A stretch of DNA of 64,000 nt, from positions 64,001 to 128,000 of the IMG/VR virus record IMGVR_UViG_3300021254_000020; one strand, 5' to 3'. Both the position numbers and the translations under genes were made by a program. The notes under the pieces were generated by a model. That model saw nothing but the letters and a program-made list of their open reading frames with translations, was not told the DNA's origin and did not search any database. Within the stretch, counting starts at the first letter, position 1, and every line of letters begins with the position of its first letter. Source of the stretch: a virus (taxonomy: Duplodnaviria > Caudoviricetes). Shown in pieces: positions 39,895-49,843 of the stretch.

Positions 39895-40797
39895 TCAAGA
39901 AGAGAATGAATTAGCAGTAGTCTGCATAGCTCTCATCAGTTTATCTATTACTTGCAAGATCTTAGCCCCTACTTTCTTTAGAGTAGCTACTGCTTTAGAA
40001 TCCTTTTTCAATATACCAGGTTTCTTCTCCAGTTTATCCTTAATTCCAGAATACATCTTCCTCAGTTTAGCTATTACTTTAGCAACTACGTTTTTCGGTT
40101 TGTTCTTATAGTTGTCGTATACTTGCTCAATCTTATCTGCAGCTTTGGATCCTATTTTTAATCCTACGCCTGTAGTAAACATTAGTCTCGATGTATTAGC
40201 ACTATCCAAATAATCTGCACTCTTGTTTATTGCTTCCGGATCTTTAAACATACCGAGTTTAGCCCCATATTTTTTACCACCCAGTTTATCCAATTTTTCC
40301 TTATATTTGTTGGCTGTATATGCGTCTTTTACTGAGTTAGCAATACTACCAGCTATGAGTGCATTACCTAATGAGTTAGCAACTCCCTCTAAGAGCGACT
40401 CATCATCCTGTTCTATGGCTTCATTTACCACAGTCTCTACCCATACTCCTACAGGGTCCTTATCAGATATTGGAGATATAACTACTTGATACATCTCATC
40501 TACTACTTCTGGATAGAGAATAGCCATATCTTCTTTGAGATCTACTGCCAACAAGCAAGACGGAACATCGTTAGCTTCAGCAATCTTTTCGATGGCTTCA
40601 TTAAGAGAACATTCGTATTGGTTACTAATTGCTAATACGTCTTCAAACATGACTGTATTGCAATCAATGCTACTATTCTCTCTAACAGTAATTTCTGTAG
40701 GGTATATAGTGCTCTCTTCTTGAGTTAGATAAACAGCCTCATTCAATTTTTCTAAGATATTATTCTTAGATTGAAATTGTTCTTCTTTTATCAGCAT
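39895..40797 (-). CDS. Paralog array member 3
   Basis: MLIKEEQF...LNEAVYLTQEE; KPKNVVAKVIAKLR...KILQVIDKL. Confidence 0.85.
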   Translation of the reverse strand: MLIKEEQFQSKNNILEKLNEAVYLTQEESTIYPTEITVRENSSIDCNTVMFEDVLAISNQYECSLNEAIEKIAEANDVPSCLLAVDLKEDMAILYPEVVDEMYQVVISPISDKDPVGVWVETVVNEAIEQDDESLLEGVANSLGNALIAGSIANSVKDAYTANKYKEKLDKLGGKKYGAKLGMFKDPEAINKSADYLDSANTSRLMFTTGVGLKIGSKAADKIEQVYDNYKNKPKNVVAKVIAKLRKMYSGIKDKLEKKPGILKKDSKAVATLKKVGAKILQVIDKLMRAMQTTANSFSS

Positions 40798-40810
40798 TTA
40801 TATCACTCCC

Positions 40811-41830
40811 TTAACCACCCAGTTTATTCTGAGCATAATTCATCAGTTTGTTTATAGCCCCCGGTGCTTCAGCTGATGCATACTGCCTCAATTGGTCAAT
40901 AAAGAAGTCTGCGTCAACACCTTTACTCTGAGCTTTATTGCTCAGCCAAGCTGCGAATCTATTTATACCATCTTTGGCTTGATCTGTACCAAAGCCAGCA
41001 GCAGCTTGGGCATATTTATTAGTAGGAGTAGCAGGATTTGCCTTTCCATTCCCGAAGTTATTACCCCACCAGTTCTTAATACTTGACCACATACGGGAAA
41101 GCCATCCCTGTTGTTGTTGAGTCGGAGGAGCACTTTTTGGAGGTGTCGTATTTCCCTGTTGTTGATTACCAGTAGCTCCTTCCTTTTGCTTTTTCAGTTC
41201 CATAAATTTCTGAACTGTAGGATTGTTTTCAGCTGCGGTACCAGTCATTAATTTCTTTTGAGGTTGAGTAGGCTGTGGAGTATTATTAGCCGCTTTTTGT
41301 TGTTTCAAAGCCTGCATCTTGGCCAACTCAGTATTATATTCTGGGTCTGTCATGTCAGCTGCAGCACCAGCATTGCCTTCCAGTATACTCATGGCAAACT
41401 CTTCATTAAAACAGGCTTCTTCTAATATATCTAGCCAGATCTGGTTTTCTCCAGAACTAATGTAATTCTCAAGAATATGATCACATATTCTATATGGGGC
41501 ACTATTAGTACTTTCTTTAAATAGAACCACATCAGAAAACTGAGTAAGAATCTCAGGATTGCATAAGGGTCGCCATTCCTCAATAGCTACTACCAATCCT
41601 TTTCTAGGAATACAGTTTTCTTTGATAGTCATGTCTAGTGCTTCGTCTATTGAGATACAATTATCCTCAGATAAAGACAAAAGATCTTTATAATAAACCA
41701 TGTTTCTATGATCTTTGGTCTCTTGAACCGGAACCATACATCCGCATAATCTATCATCAATCATTTCCATATTCTCTAAAAGATATAATGGAGATCTTTC
41801 TTTCTCTTGCATATTATTCGCCTCCGTCAT
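40811..41830 (-). CDS. Paralog array member 4 (conserved pro-domain, divergent Gln-rich C-terminus)
   Basis: VPVQE...VYYKDLLSLSEDN pro-domain; amphipathic GWLSRMWSSIKNWW. Confidence 0.7.
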   Translation of the reverse strand: MTEANNMQEKERSPLYLLENMEMIDDRLCGCMVPVQETKDHRNMVYYKDLLSLSEDNCISIDEALDMTIKENCIPRKGLVVAIEEWRPLCNPEILTQFSDVVLFKESTNSAPYRICDHILENYISSGENQIWLDILEEACFNEEFAMSILEGNAGAAADMTDPEYNTELAKMQALKQQKAANNTPQPTQPQKKLMTGTAAENNPTVQKFMELKKQKEGATGNQQQGNTTPPKSAPPTQQQQGWLSRMWSSIKNWWGNNFGNGKANPATPTNKYAQAAAGFGTDQAKDGINRFAAWLSNKAQSKGVDADFFIDQLRQYASAEAPGAINKLMNYAQNKLGG

Positions 41831-42786
41831 CCAGCATTCTTTTGTAATATGGCCAACAGTTTATCAATAACTGTAAGTATCTTATGAGCGGCATTCTTAA
41901 TAAGACTAGAGTTAGTTTTATCAGAGGTTTTCTCAGCAGCGCTCATCCATTTGGTGTAGATCTTTCTAAGAGAAGCAATCTTTTTACCAATCCATGATTT
42001 TGGTCTGTCTTTGGCCATTTGGACTAGCTTCTGAACTCCTTTGTATCCACCATATGCTGCTAACGCAGTACCACCTAGTTTGAGCTCACCTTTTGCATAA
42101 TTTTTTAATGCATCCTTTTCATGACCACGAAGAATATCAGCATTCATTTTTCTTTCGTCATTTATACTGTTTATTTCATCTTGTGCCATCTTTTTAGCAG
42201 CATCAGTAGCATTCTCATCTCTGAGTAAACGATTATTAGAATTAATAGTTCTATTAGTTGATCTAATATAGTCCGCATTATGCTTTGCTCTAGCTACAGC
42301 ATATCTAGCAGATTGTCCTGCCTTAGCGAAGTCACCAAGATAGAAGTCTTTAATCTTATCTACGAACTCATTTAGATAAGTATCTTCAACAATAGCATCT
42401 AGGTATTTATCATCGCTACTAGTAGACCATTTATCAATACACTCAGAAACATATTGATACTCCAAGCTAGACTCTTTGATAGGAGCTACTACTGAGCACT
42501 CAAATAACATCAATGGATTAATAATCACATCTTCTTCTTTTACTACATTAAGCATCTTACCCATATCAATGTCATTAGCTTTTGCTATATCCTGAAAAAG
42601 ACATTCGACTCCACTTTCAGACAATCTCTCTAAGTAATAGTTATCTACTAAGTAAGAGCCATTATTCTCAACTACTGGGACTTCTTCTACTTTTATCTCA
42701 GCCTCTTCCTGTGTTAAATAAACTGCTTGATCTAGTTGCTCTAATATATTAAATTGAGGCTGTAGATGTTCTTCCTTTATTAGCAT
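41827..42786 (-). CDS. Paralog array member 5
   Basis: MLIKEEHL...AVYLTQEE; RPKSWIGKKIASLR...KILTVIDKL. Confidence 0.85.
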   Translation of the reverse strand: MLIKEEHLQPQFNILEQLDQAVYLTQEEAEIKVEEVPVVENNGSYLVDNYYLERLSESGVECLFQDIAKANDIDMGKMLNVVKEEDVIINPLMLFECSVVAPIKESSLEYQYVSECIDKWSTSSDDKYLDAIVEDTYLNEFVDKIKDFYLGDFAKAGQSARYAVARAKHNADYIRSTNRTINSNNRLLRDENATDAAKKMAQDEINSINDERKMNADILRGHEKDALKNYAKGELKLGGTALAAYGGYKGVQKLVQMAKDRPKSWIGKKIASLRKIYTKWMSAAEKTSDKTNSSLIKNAAHKILTVIDKLLAILQKNAG

Positions 42787-42804
42787 TCTTATCACATCCT
42801 TCAA

Positions 42805-42853
42805 AAATAAATAGGGAGGGAAACTAATCCCTCCCTTATATCTATGTGTGAAT
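42805..42853 (-). terminator. Intergenic terminator element, type A (repeated at 45160-45203)
   Basis: AGGGAGGGAAACTAAYCCCTCCCTTATATCTATGTGTGAAT occurs twice. Confidence 0.75.
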
Positions 42854-42884
42854 TTGAATGAATGAAGAAACTTATGTAATGTGA

Positions 42885-43835
42885 TTAACCGGCTTTCTTT
42901 TGGAGGAATTCCATCAGCTTATCAATAACTGATAGAATCTTGGCAGCGACTTTCTTGAGCTTTGCTGCAATACCATTATCTTTTGCAGACTGGGCTTTCT
43001 TCATGAACTTAGCGTATACCTTTCTTAGAGCAGCAATACGCTTGCCTATCACTGACTTAGGTTTATCCTTATACTGCTTATATGCATATATACCTGCACC
43101 TACAAGAGCTGTTCCTGCTACTGCAGTAGCGATTTTCTTATTTCTTTTCTCATTATGAATTCGACGAATATTTTGCAAACGATTCCAAGCTACGTCAGTT
43201 CTATCGAATCCATCACCAAGCCTTTTATGAGCCTCATTATCTCTTTTTGTTCTCTCACTAGCAGCATCTGCCATTTTCTTATAGTACTCTTTATCATTCC
43301 TATCTATGTTTTTAATATCGTTATAATATTTGTCATAGGATGACAATAACTCTTTGTTTTTACGAGTCTCTAGTTTGTCTAAGTGTCTGTTGACCATAGC
43401 AAGATCTTTTGAATTATCTACCATAATAGCCTCGGTGAATACATCTTCATCTATCTCATCATTGAGATAAGCTTCAGAAACGAAATCGCACCAGAATACT
43501 TCATCGCTATCCTCACTAAGAGGTCTGACTACCATATGTTCTGGATCGAATGATTCTTGCATAGCGATGGCATTTCCCTCATCTACTAATAGAGTGAGGT
43601 TATCAATACCATTAGATTCTTTTATGGCCTCAATGGATTCGAACAACGAATATCCGTTATCTTCTGACAATTTGACCACATATCCGTAGTCTACCATATT
43701 GTTTCCATTTTCTTTTACTACTACCGGAACCTCAGATAGATTTAAACTCGCCTCTTCCTGAGTAATATATACTGCTTCATTAAGCTGATTCAGTATATCA
43801 GTTTTCTGAATGAGTTGGGATTCTTTGATTAACAT
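42885..43835 (-). CDS. Paralog array member 6
   Basis: MLIKESQL...LNEAVYITQEE; IATAVAGTALVGAGIYAY; KPKSVIGKRIAALR...IDKL. Confidence 0.85.
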   Translation of the reverse strand: MLIKESQLIQKTDILNQLNEAVYITQEEASLNLSEVPVVVKENGNNMVDYGYVVKLSEDNGYSLFESIEAIKESNGIDNLTLLVDEGNAIAMQESFDPEHMVVRPLSEDSDEVFWCDFVSEAYLNDEIDEDVFTEAIMVDNSKDLAMVNRHLDKLETRKNKELLSSYDKYYNDIKNIDRNDKEYYKKMADAASERTKRDNEAHKRLGDGFDRTDVAWNRLQNIRRIHNEKRNKKIATAVAGTALVGAGIYAYKQYKDKPKSVIGKRIAALRKVYAKFMKKAQSAKDNGIAAKLKKVAAKILSVIDKLMEFLQKKAG

Positions 43836-43861
43836 AATATCACCTCAATAAATAAATATAA

Positions 43862-43900
43862 AGGGGGATGAACTTAATCACCCCCCCCCCACGTCTATTT
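43862..43900 (-). terminator. Intergenic hairpin element, type B, with poly-C (repeated at 47035-47075)
   Basis: GGATGAACYTAATCA-(C)n-AYGTCTATTT occurs twice. Confidence 0.65.
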
Positions 43901-43911
43901 ATCTCTATTTA

Positions 43912-45132
43912 TCAACCTGCTTTATTTTGCAGATAACCAAGCAGTTTATCAATAACCTTGAGCACATGTGCAGCAACCTTCTTTAGTTTAGCTGCAATAC
44001 CATTATCTTTTGCGGATTGAGCTCTCTTCATGAATTTAGCATAGATCTGACGAAGAGCAGCAATGCGCTTACCGATTACCGACTTAGGTTGGTTCTTATA
44101 CTTCTTATAAGCATACCAAGCACCACCAGCCAAAGCAGCACCACCAACAGCAGCTGCACCATATTTGAGATACTTACCTTTATCAGATCCCGAACTACCA
44201 CCACCAAGCAAGCTGTTAGATGGGCGAGCAATCAATGCTCCGCCATTACCAGATGACGTAGATGGTGAACTTACTGTAGCAGAGACATTGCTTTTCTTCT
44301 CATCAGGAATATCAGCATTGTTTGTTCCATTTGCCGTGTTATTAACTGTATTGCCATTACTATCCGGCTTAGAGATATTTGCTGCTCGTGAGAGTAATCT
44401 CTCATCATCATCTGCGGCTCTATCTTCTTCTGATTTGCGCTCTTTAGCAATCTGACGAAGGCTATCTAATTTATTTTCCGCAGTTTTGCTATTGTCAAAT
44501 AATCGATTACTCCTATTATCAAATGCTTTCCTATGATTAGCCCTTAATTCACCGAATTTTGGTTCGTATTCATCTATTACATCTTTTACTTTTCCGTTTT
44601 TAAACGCTTTGTCTCTATCATCTAAGAGTTTATCCCATTTTTTGTTATATACGTCCCTCTCTCTGTCAAAGTGCTTATCTACTAAGTCTGCATAGTCTTC
44701 AGCTTCGGCAAAAGACATCATCATCTCATAGAATGACTCTTCATTTAGTTCTTCGTTATAGAAGCTTTCACAGATAGCCATTGCTCTAGTATATTCATAG
44801 CTATTCTCAGATACTGGACGAACTACCATTAGTTCTGGATTGAACTGTTCTCCAATAGTAATAGCATCTCCTTCATCAATAGAGATATTGAGAGAGTCTA
44901 ATCCATTAGACTGACTGATCGTAGATAATGCTTCGAACAGACCAATTCCATTCTGTTCAGAAATGCTATTAATATATTCATAGTCTACCAAGTTAGTTCC
45001 ATTTTCTTTTACCACTACTGGAACCTCTGAAGCATGAATCTGAGATTCTTCTTGAGTCAGATATACTGCTTCATTGAGCTGACTCAATATATCATTAGTA
45101 TTCTTAATCAGCTCTGATTCTTTAATAAGCAT
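43912..45132 (-). CDS. Paralog array member 7
   Basis: MLIKESEL...LNEAVYLTQEE; YGAAAVGGAALAGGAWYAY; QPKSVIGKRIAALR...IDKL. Confidence 0.85.
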   Translation of the reverse strand: MLIKESELIKNTNDILSQLNEAVYLTQEESQIHASEVPVVVKENGTNLVDYEYINSISEQNGIGLFEALSTISQSNGLDSLNISIDEGDAITIGEQFNPELMVVRPVSENSYEYTRAMAICESFYNEELNEESFYEMMMSFAEAEDYADLVDKHFDRERDVYNKKWDKLLDDRDKAFKNGKVKDVIDEYEPKFGELRANHRKAFDNRSNRLFDNSKTAENKLDSLRQIAKERKSEEDRAADDDERLLSRAANISKPDSNGNTVNNTANGTNNADIPDEKKSNVSATVSSPSTSSGNGGALIARPSNSLLGGGSSGSDKGKYLKYGAAAVGGAALAGGAWYAYKKYKNQPKSVIGKRIAALRQIYAKFMKRAQSAKDNGIAAKLKKVAAHVLKVIDKLLGYLQNKAG

Positions 45133-45205
45133 ATTCATTCATTCCTTTCGTTAAATATTATAAGGGAGGGAAACTAACCCCTCCCTTATATCTATGTGTG
45201 AATAT

Positions 45206-46144
45206 TTACTTACTAAGATCATTTGCAGCCTTCTGCATTTTAAACATAAGCTTATCTATTGTGGTAAGAATCTTACCAGCAAACTTCTTAAGCTTATTTT
45301 TGATACCTTTATCTCCAGCACTATTCATCTTGTCCATAATCTTAGAATACATCTTACGAAGTTTTGCGATAGCTTTAGCTATTACATTACGAGGCCTATT
45401 TTTATACTTCAGATAAAGGCTGTCCAGGGTTGCTGCTGTTTGTCCAACAGCGGCAGATTTGAGTCCTTTGGCCCCAAAACTAAGACCAGCAACTCCCCAG
45501 TTACGATATCTATCAGCCTTTTTCTGCTCATCTGGTGATAACGGTACAACATCTGAATTATCGGTAGCTTGTTTATATTTATGACCAGCATATCCAGCTA
45601 ATGCAGCCCCAGCTCCAGCTTTCATCAAGCCTAATCTTCTTGTATGTTTACCGAATGCCTGAATGTACCCATGTAAGCCACTATCAGCATCATAATCTTT
45701 TAGCTCAGTTAATGAGATCAGATTGGATTCCATTAGTTCTACATCATCTTTTTCGTAGGCATCTTCTACAATAGATTCTACTAGAATGCCGATAGGATCA
45801 TTGCTACTCATTTCAGATACTACTATATTATTCAATCCATATACGATATCAGGATCTTCTACAATAGTATCTTCGCTTACTGCTACAACTAGTTTATCTA
45901 GTTCTACATCATTAGCTTCAGCAATAATACTCATTGCCTCTGCATAAGAGATACCATATTCTTCTGATAGAAGATCAACATCTTCGAATCTAACCATAGC
46001 AACCCCTTCACCAAGACGGCTCATTTCACGAACCGGAATGGTTACAGGATGAACTTTGGATTCTTCTTCGCTGATATAAATAGCTTCGTCTAGTATTTTC
46101 AAACCACTCAGGCTGTTCTTTAATTCACTTTCCTTTATAAGCAT
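45206..46144 (-). CDS. Paralog array member 8
   Basis: Start moved to MLIKESEL; RPRNVIAKAIAKLR...KILTTIDKL. Confidence 0.85.
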   Translation of the reverse strand: MLIKESELKNSLSGLKILDEAIYISEEESKVHPVTIPVREMSRLGEGVAMVRFEDVDLLSEEYGISYAEAMSIIAEANDVELDKLVVAVSEDTIVEDPDIVYGLNNIVVSEMSSNDPIGILVESIVEDAYEKDDVELMESNLISLTELKDYDADSGLHGYIQAFGKHTRRLGLMKAGAGAALAGYAGHKYKQATDNSDVVPLSPDEQKKADRYRNWGVAGLSFGAKGLKSAAVGQTAATLDSLYLKYKNRPRNVIAKAIAKLRKMYSKIMDKMNSAGDKGIKNKLKKFAGKILTTIDKLMFKMQKAANDLSK

Positions 46145-46231
46145 TGATATCATCCTTTCAAAAAAAGAGGTGGGGAGGGGACGATTCCCCTCCCCATTTA
46201 TGTATGTGAATGAATGAATGAAACCCATGAA

Positions 46232-47008
46232 TCAACCGAGTTTGTTAGCTCCACGCTGCATAGCCTGCAACAGTTTATCAATTACAGTCATAAGAGCATG
46301 GCCAGCTTTCTTGAAAACAGAAGCAATCTTAGCATCTTTTTCAATCTTGGCTTTTTCCATCCATTTAGAATAAATCTTACGAAGTGATGCGATCTTTTTA
46401 GCAATTACATTGCGCGGACGATCTTTGAATTTATTGTATAAACCCTTAATCGTTCTAATGTCAGTTTTCGCATTAGTTTTAAAGTTGTAATACGGGGCTT
46501 TGATCCCATGAGTTTGCCAGGATTTTTTCGTAGCCTTAGCACTCCACTTAACATCATCTTTTAGATCCCCGAGAATTCCTTCATCAAGAACTGCTTCGAG
46601 AACGCTTTCATCACCAGATTCCAGATAAGCATCAGTAACTGCTTCGCAGAACTGATAAATTACATCATTGTCGCTGATCGGAGCTACAACAACGTTAGCC
46701 AATTCATCAAGAACTTCCGGAGATTCGATGATAGTAGCTTCATCAACAGCAATAGTCATTTTAGATGCATCTACTTCACTAGCTTCAGCAATAGCAGCTA
46801 CTGCATCCATATAAGAAACCTGACTATCTTCAGCCAGACGTTCTACATCTGCAAAGCGAACCATTGTTACACCTTCACCAAGACGACTCATTTCACGAAC
46901 CGGAATGGTTACAGGCTGAACTTTGGATTCAGATTCGTCTATATATACAGCTTCATTGAGCTGATTGATTACATTGGTCTTATTAATACATGATTCTTTA
47001 ATAAGCAT
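46232..47008 (-). CDS. Paralog array member 9
   Basis: MLIKESCI...LNEAVY; RPRNVIAKKIASLR...VIDKL. Confidence 0.85.
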   Translation of the reverse strand: MLIKESCINKTNVINQLNEAVYIDESESKVQPVTIPVREMSRLGEGVTMVRFADVERLAEDSQVSYMDAVAAIAEASEVDASKMTIAVDEATIIESPEVLDELANVVVAPISDNDVIYQFCEAVTDAYLESGDESVLEAVLDEGILGDLKDDVKWSAKATKKSWQTHGIKAPYYNFKTNAKTDIRTIKGLYNKFKDRPRNVIAKKIASLRKIYSKWMEKAKIEKDAKIASVFKKAGHALMTVIDKLLQAMQRGANKLG

Positions 47009-47085
47009 TTATATCACCTCGTAACAAATATATTGGAGGAGGATGAACCTAATCACCCCCCCCCATGTCTATTTGAATGTAGTTA

Positions 47086-47961
47086 TCAGCCAGCAGCTTT
47101 CTGCAGTTTGGCCATCAATTTATCGATGATAGCCATCAATTTACCGGCCGCAGCTTTCAGTCGACCAGCCACAGAAGCATCGGAGTTCTGAGCCTTCTTC
47201 ATCCATTTAGCATAGATATTGCGAAGAGCAGCGATCTTTTGACCAATCCAAGATTTGGGTTTACCATCAGCAGATTTCAAAATTTTGTAGCCGAGACCAA
47301 GTCCAGCAGTAGCAAGAGCTGCACCGCCTAGTGCCTTAGGATTGTCTTTTGCAAACTGAACAGCTTTACCAGCAGCACCTTTTACTGCATCAGCAGCTTT
47401 GCCAAAGGTACCTTTTTCTTTGGGTTGATCTACTGCAACCGGAGGATTCTTATCTTCTTTTGGAGCAGGAAGGGCCTTAATCTCTTCTGCTTCAATAAAT
47501 GCCTCAAGATCAGAATCCTCTACAAGAGCTGCTTCGAGCATAGTATCTACTTCATCTGTGTCATCCATACCGGCCCAAGCATCAATGCATTCTGCCACAT
47601 ACTTATATGCCAGACTGTTTTCGCTCAGCGGAGCTACAACGATGTTGGTCATTTCGTCCAACAGTGACGGATCAACAATCAGATCAGCTTCATCAACAGC
47701 GATAGTCATTTTAGATGCATCTACTTCACTAGCTTCAGCAATAGCAGCTACTGCATCCATATAAGAAACCTGGCTGTCTTCAGCCAGACGTTCTACATCT
47801 GCAAAACGAACCATCGTTACACCTTCACCAAGACGGCTCATTTCACGAACCGGAATGGTTACAGGCTGAACTTTTGATTCTTCTTCACTAAGAAACGTTG
47901 CTTCAGCAAGCATGGACATCGGGTCCAGCCGACTTTGCAACTGTGATTCTTTAATCAACAT
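47086..47961 (-). CDS. Paralog array member 10
   Basis: MLIKESQL; ALGGAALATAGLGLGY; KPKSWIGQKIAALR...IIDKL. Confidence 0.85.
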   Translation of the reverse strand: MLIKESQLQSRLDPMSMLAEATFLSEEESKVQPVTIPVREMSRLGEGVTMVRFADVERLAEDSQVSYMDAVAAIAEASEVDASKMTIAVDEADLIVDPSLLDEMTNIVVAPLSENSLAYKYVAECIDAWAGMDDTDEVDTMLEAALVEDSDLEAFIEAEEIKALPAPKEDKNPPVAVDQPKEKGTFGKAADAVKGAAGKAVQFAKDNPKALGGAALATAGLGLGYKILKSADGKPKSWIGQKIAALRNIYAKWMKKAQNSDASVAGRLKAAAGKLMAIIDKLMAKLQKAAG

Positions 47962-47990
47962 GATTAGTTCCTCCATTCATTCATTATTTA

Positions 47991-48788
47991 TTAAGCAAAC
48001 TTGGATTGAATCGTCTTACTAGCCTTCTTCAGCTGTTTAGATAGGAATTCAATAGCCTGTTTGATCTTAGCAATAACTTTATTGAATACCTTTTTATAGG
48101 CAGGTTCGCCTTTGATACGACTAGACAGCTTGTCAGCCAAGCTACGAAAAGCACTGATCTTCTTAGAGATCCAGTTAGCAGATTTGCTACCAGCCTGCTT
48201 CATTACATTAGCAATCCGGTTACCAATCTCTTCTGCTTTCTTACCAGCTTTGCCAGCTTTTTCTTTTACGACTTTAGTGACTTCAGCTTCGTTAAAGAAA
48301 GTATCGAAGTCATCATTTACGAATGCTTCCAACAGTGCATCCGTACCTGCCGTATCCCCAGCAGATTCTCCCATGATCATATAATCAGTCACGGTTTCTG
48401 CCATAATGCTAGCCATGTCGTTCTCGCTAACCGGAACTGCATATACAGTAGCACCTGCTTCAATGAGACCACGAACAGTGTCCTCCATATTCACATCTTC
48501 TAGTACATGAACCTCATCTACTGAGAAGACTACAGAGCTCGGCTGGATATCACTAGCTTCACAGATCTGTCTCAGAGCGTAGCCACCATCACTAATACCA
48601 TTAGCCATAGAGTATTCCAGAAGATCTTCCAGACGTACTACATTCTTACCTAGACGAGCATTCTCCCGTACCGGAACCAGTTCAGGATAATAACGGGATT
48701 CAGACTCACTCAGATAGCTACTATTTTCCAGCAATTGCAGAGCTTCATCAATTGCGTTAGATTTCATTTGTTCTGCTTTGATCAGCAT
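47991..48788 (-). CDS. Paralog array member 11
   Basis: MLIKAEQM...YLSESES...VPVRE; NWISKKISAFR...KVIAKIKQAIEFL. Late promoter at 48829-48843. Confidence 0.8.
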   Translation of the reverse strand: MLIKAEQMKSNAIDEALQLLENSSYLSESESRYYPELVPVRENARLGKNVVRLEDLLEYSMANGISDGGYALRQICEASDIQPSSVVFSVDEVHVLEDVNMEDTVRGLIEAGATVYAVPVSENDMASIMAETVTDYMIMGESAGDTAGTDALLEAFVNDDFDTFFNEAEVTKVVKEKAGKAGKKAEEIGNRIANVMKQAGSKSANWISKKISAFRSLADKLSSRIKGEPAYKKVFNKVIAKIKQAIEFLSKQLKKASKTIQSKFA

Positions 48789-48847
48789 GACCTACTCCTC
48801 CTTCTTTAAAGCATTAACAGCACTTAGCCATTATTTAGATGTATCTC

Positions 48848-49513
48848 TTAACCCTCATCAGCTACCGGTTTTACTTTGAATACATCGGCATTAGAATCAT
48901 GCTTGTTAATACCATTGTGGACGGTCTTAGGATCTGGGTCACCACCTGCAGTCTTAGCTGCAAGAATAGAAGGAACATTAACTTTGCTGGTTTCAGGATC
49001 TTCACCATCACCTACAAAGTTACTATCACTCTTTTGGAACTGGTTTACCGGAATCTTGTGCAGCAAACCATCTGCTTTTGCTACTCCAGTGGATACACCC
49101 TGACCACAATTGCAGTTGTCTTTACCACAAGCACATTCCTCACCCAGCTTGAAGATGGATTTATCAATTGCATCTTCTTTTACTGCTTTCTTTTTATCTT
49201 TCTCACCATTGCATTCAGGGCAGCTTTTAGATCCGCAGTTGCATGCTTCATTCAATTTAAAGAAAGGCATCTTTGCTTCCTCCTTTATGTTTTCTTCTTC
49301 ATTAGAATTGTTATTTCCGCGACTTAATTTTTGACGATAGCTTTCCGGTATTTCACCATTCTTTATGAAGTCTCTAGCTACCCTATCCATATTGGATTTA
49401 GGTCCTTGGTCTTCATGCCTCTTATCGTACAGTAAACTGGCTATGGTGAACTTACCGTTAGTAGCGCGGTCAATAACGTCCTCCGATAAAGAGAATAAGT
49501 TTGGGTGTCTCAT
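48848..49513 (-). CDS. Hypothetical protein with two metallothionein-like Cys clusters
   Basis: FFKLNEACNCGSKSCPEC and IFKLGEECACGKDNCNC. Confidence 0.65.
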   Translation of the reverse strand: MRHPNLFSLSEDVIDRATNGKFTIASLLYDKRHEDQGPKSNMDRVARDFIKNGEIPESYRQKLSRGNNNSNEEENIKEEAKMPFFKLNEACNCGSKSCPECNGEKDKKKAVKEDAIDKSIFKLGEECACGKDNCNCGQGVSTGVAKADGLLHKIPVNQFQKSDSNFVGDGEDPETSKVNVPSILAAKTAGGDPDPKTVHNGINKHDSNADVFKVKPVADEG

Positions 49514-49524
49514 ATTATACTACC

Positions 49525-49830
49525 TCATTTCTTAATTAAAGAACCAGTAGTATTGGTAGGACTATTCGGGATTTGTCTTTTTATAAGAGAAGTTTGCATC
49601 TGTTTCTGACCAGCACTAGTGGGATTACCAGCAAACCCTTTAGCTCCTACAGCCTTAGCAAAGTTGTTAACTTTGGTCTGTGCTCTATTAGCTGCATTGG
49701 TTACTGATCTACCAGCATCTCGTACTCTATTAACGATTCCGCTTACAGCACTAGATGCATTTCCTAGATTGGTCTGAACACGATTCTTCACATCATCAAG
49801 AAATCCCTCTTGAAAGGTAACGTATCTCAT
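49525..49830 (-). CDS. Small basic amphipathic protein with a short E-terminated leader
   Basis: MRYVTFQE/GFLDDVKNRV...; start moved to 49830. Confidence 0.6.
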   Translation of the reverse strand: MRYVTFQEGFLDDVKNRVQTNLGNASSAVSGIVNRVRDAGRSVTNAANRAQTKVNNFAKAVGAKGFAGNPTSAGQKQMQTSLIKRQIPNSPTNTTGSLIKK

Positions 49831-49843
49831 GATGGTACCCTCA

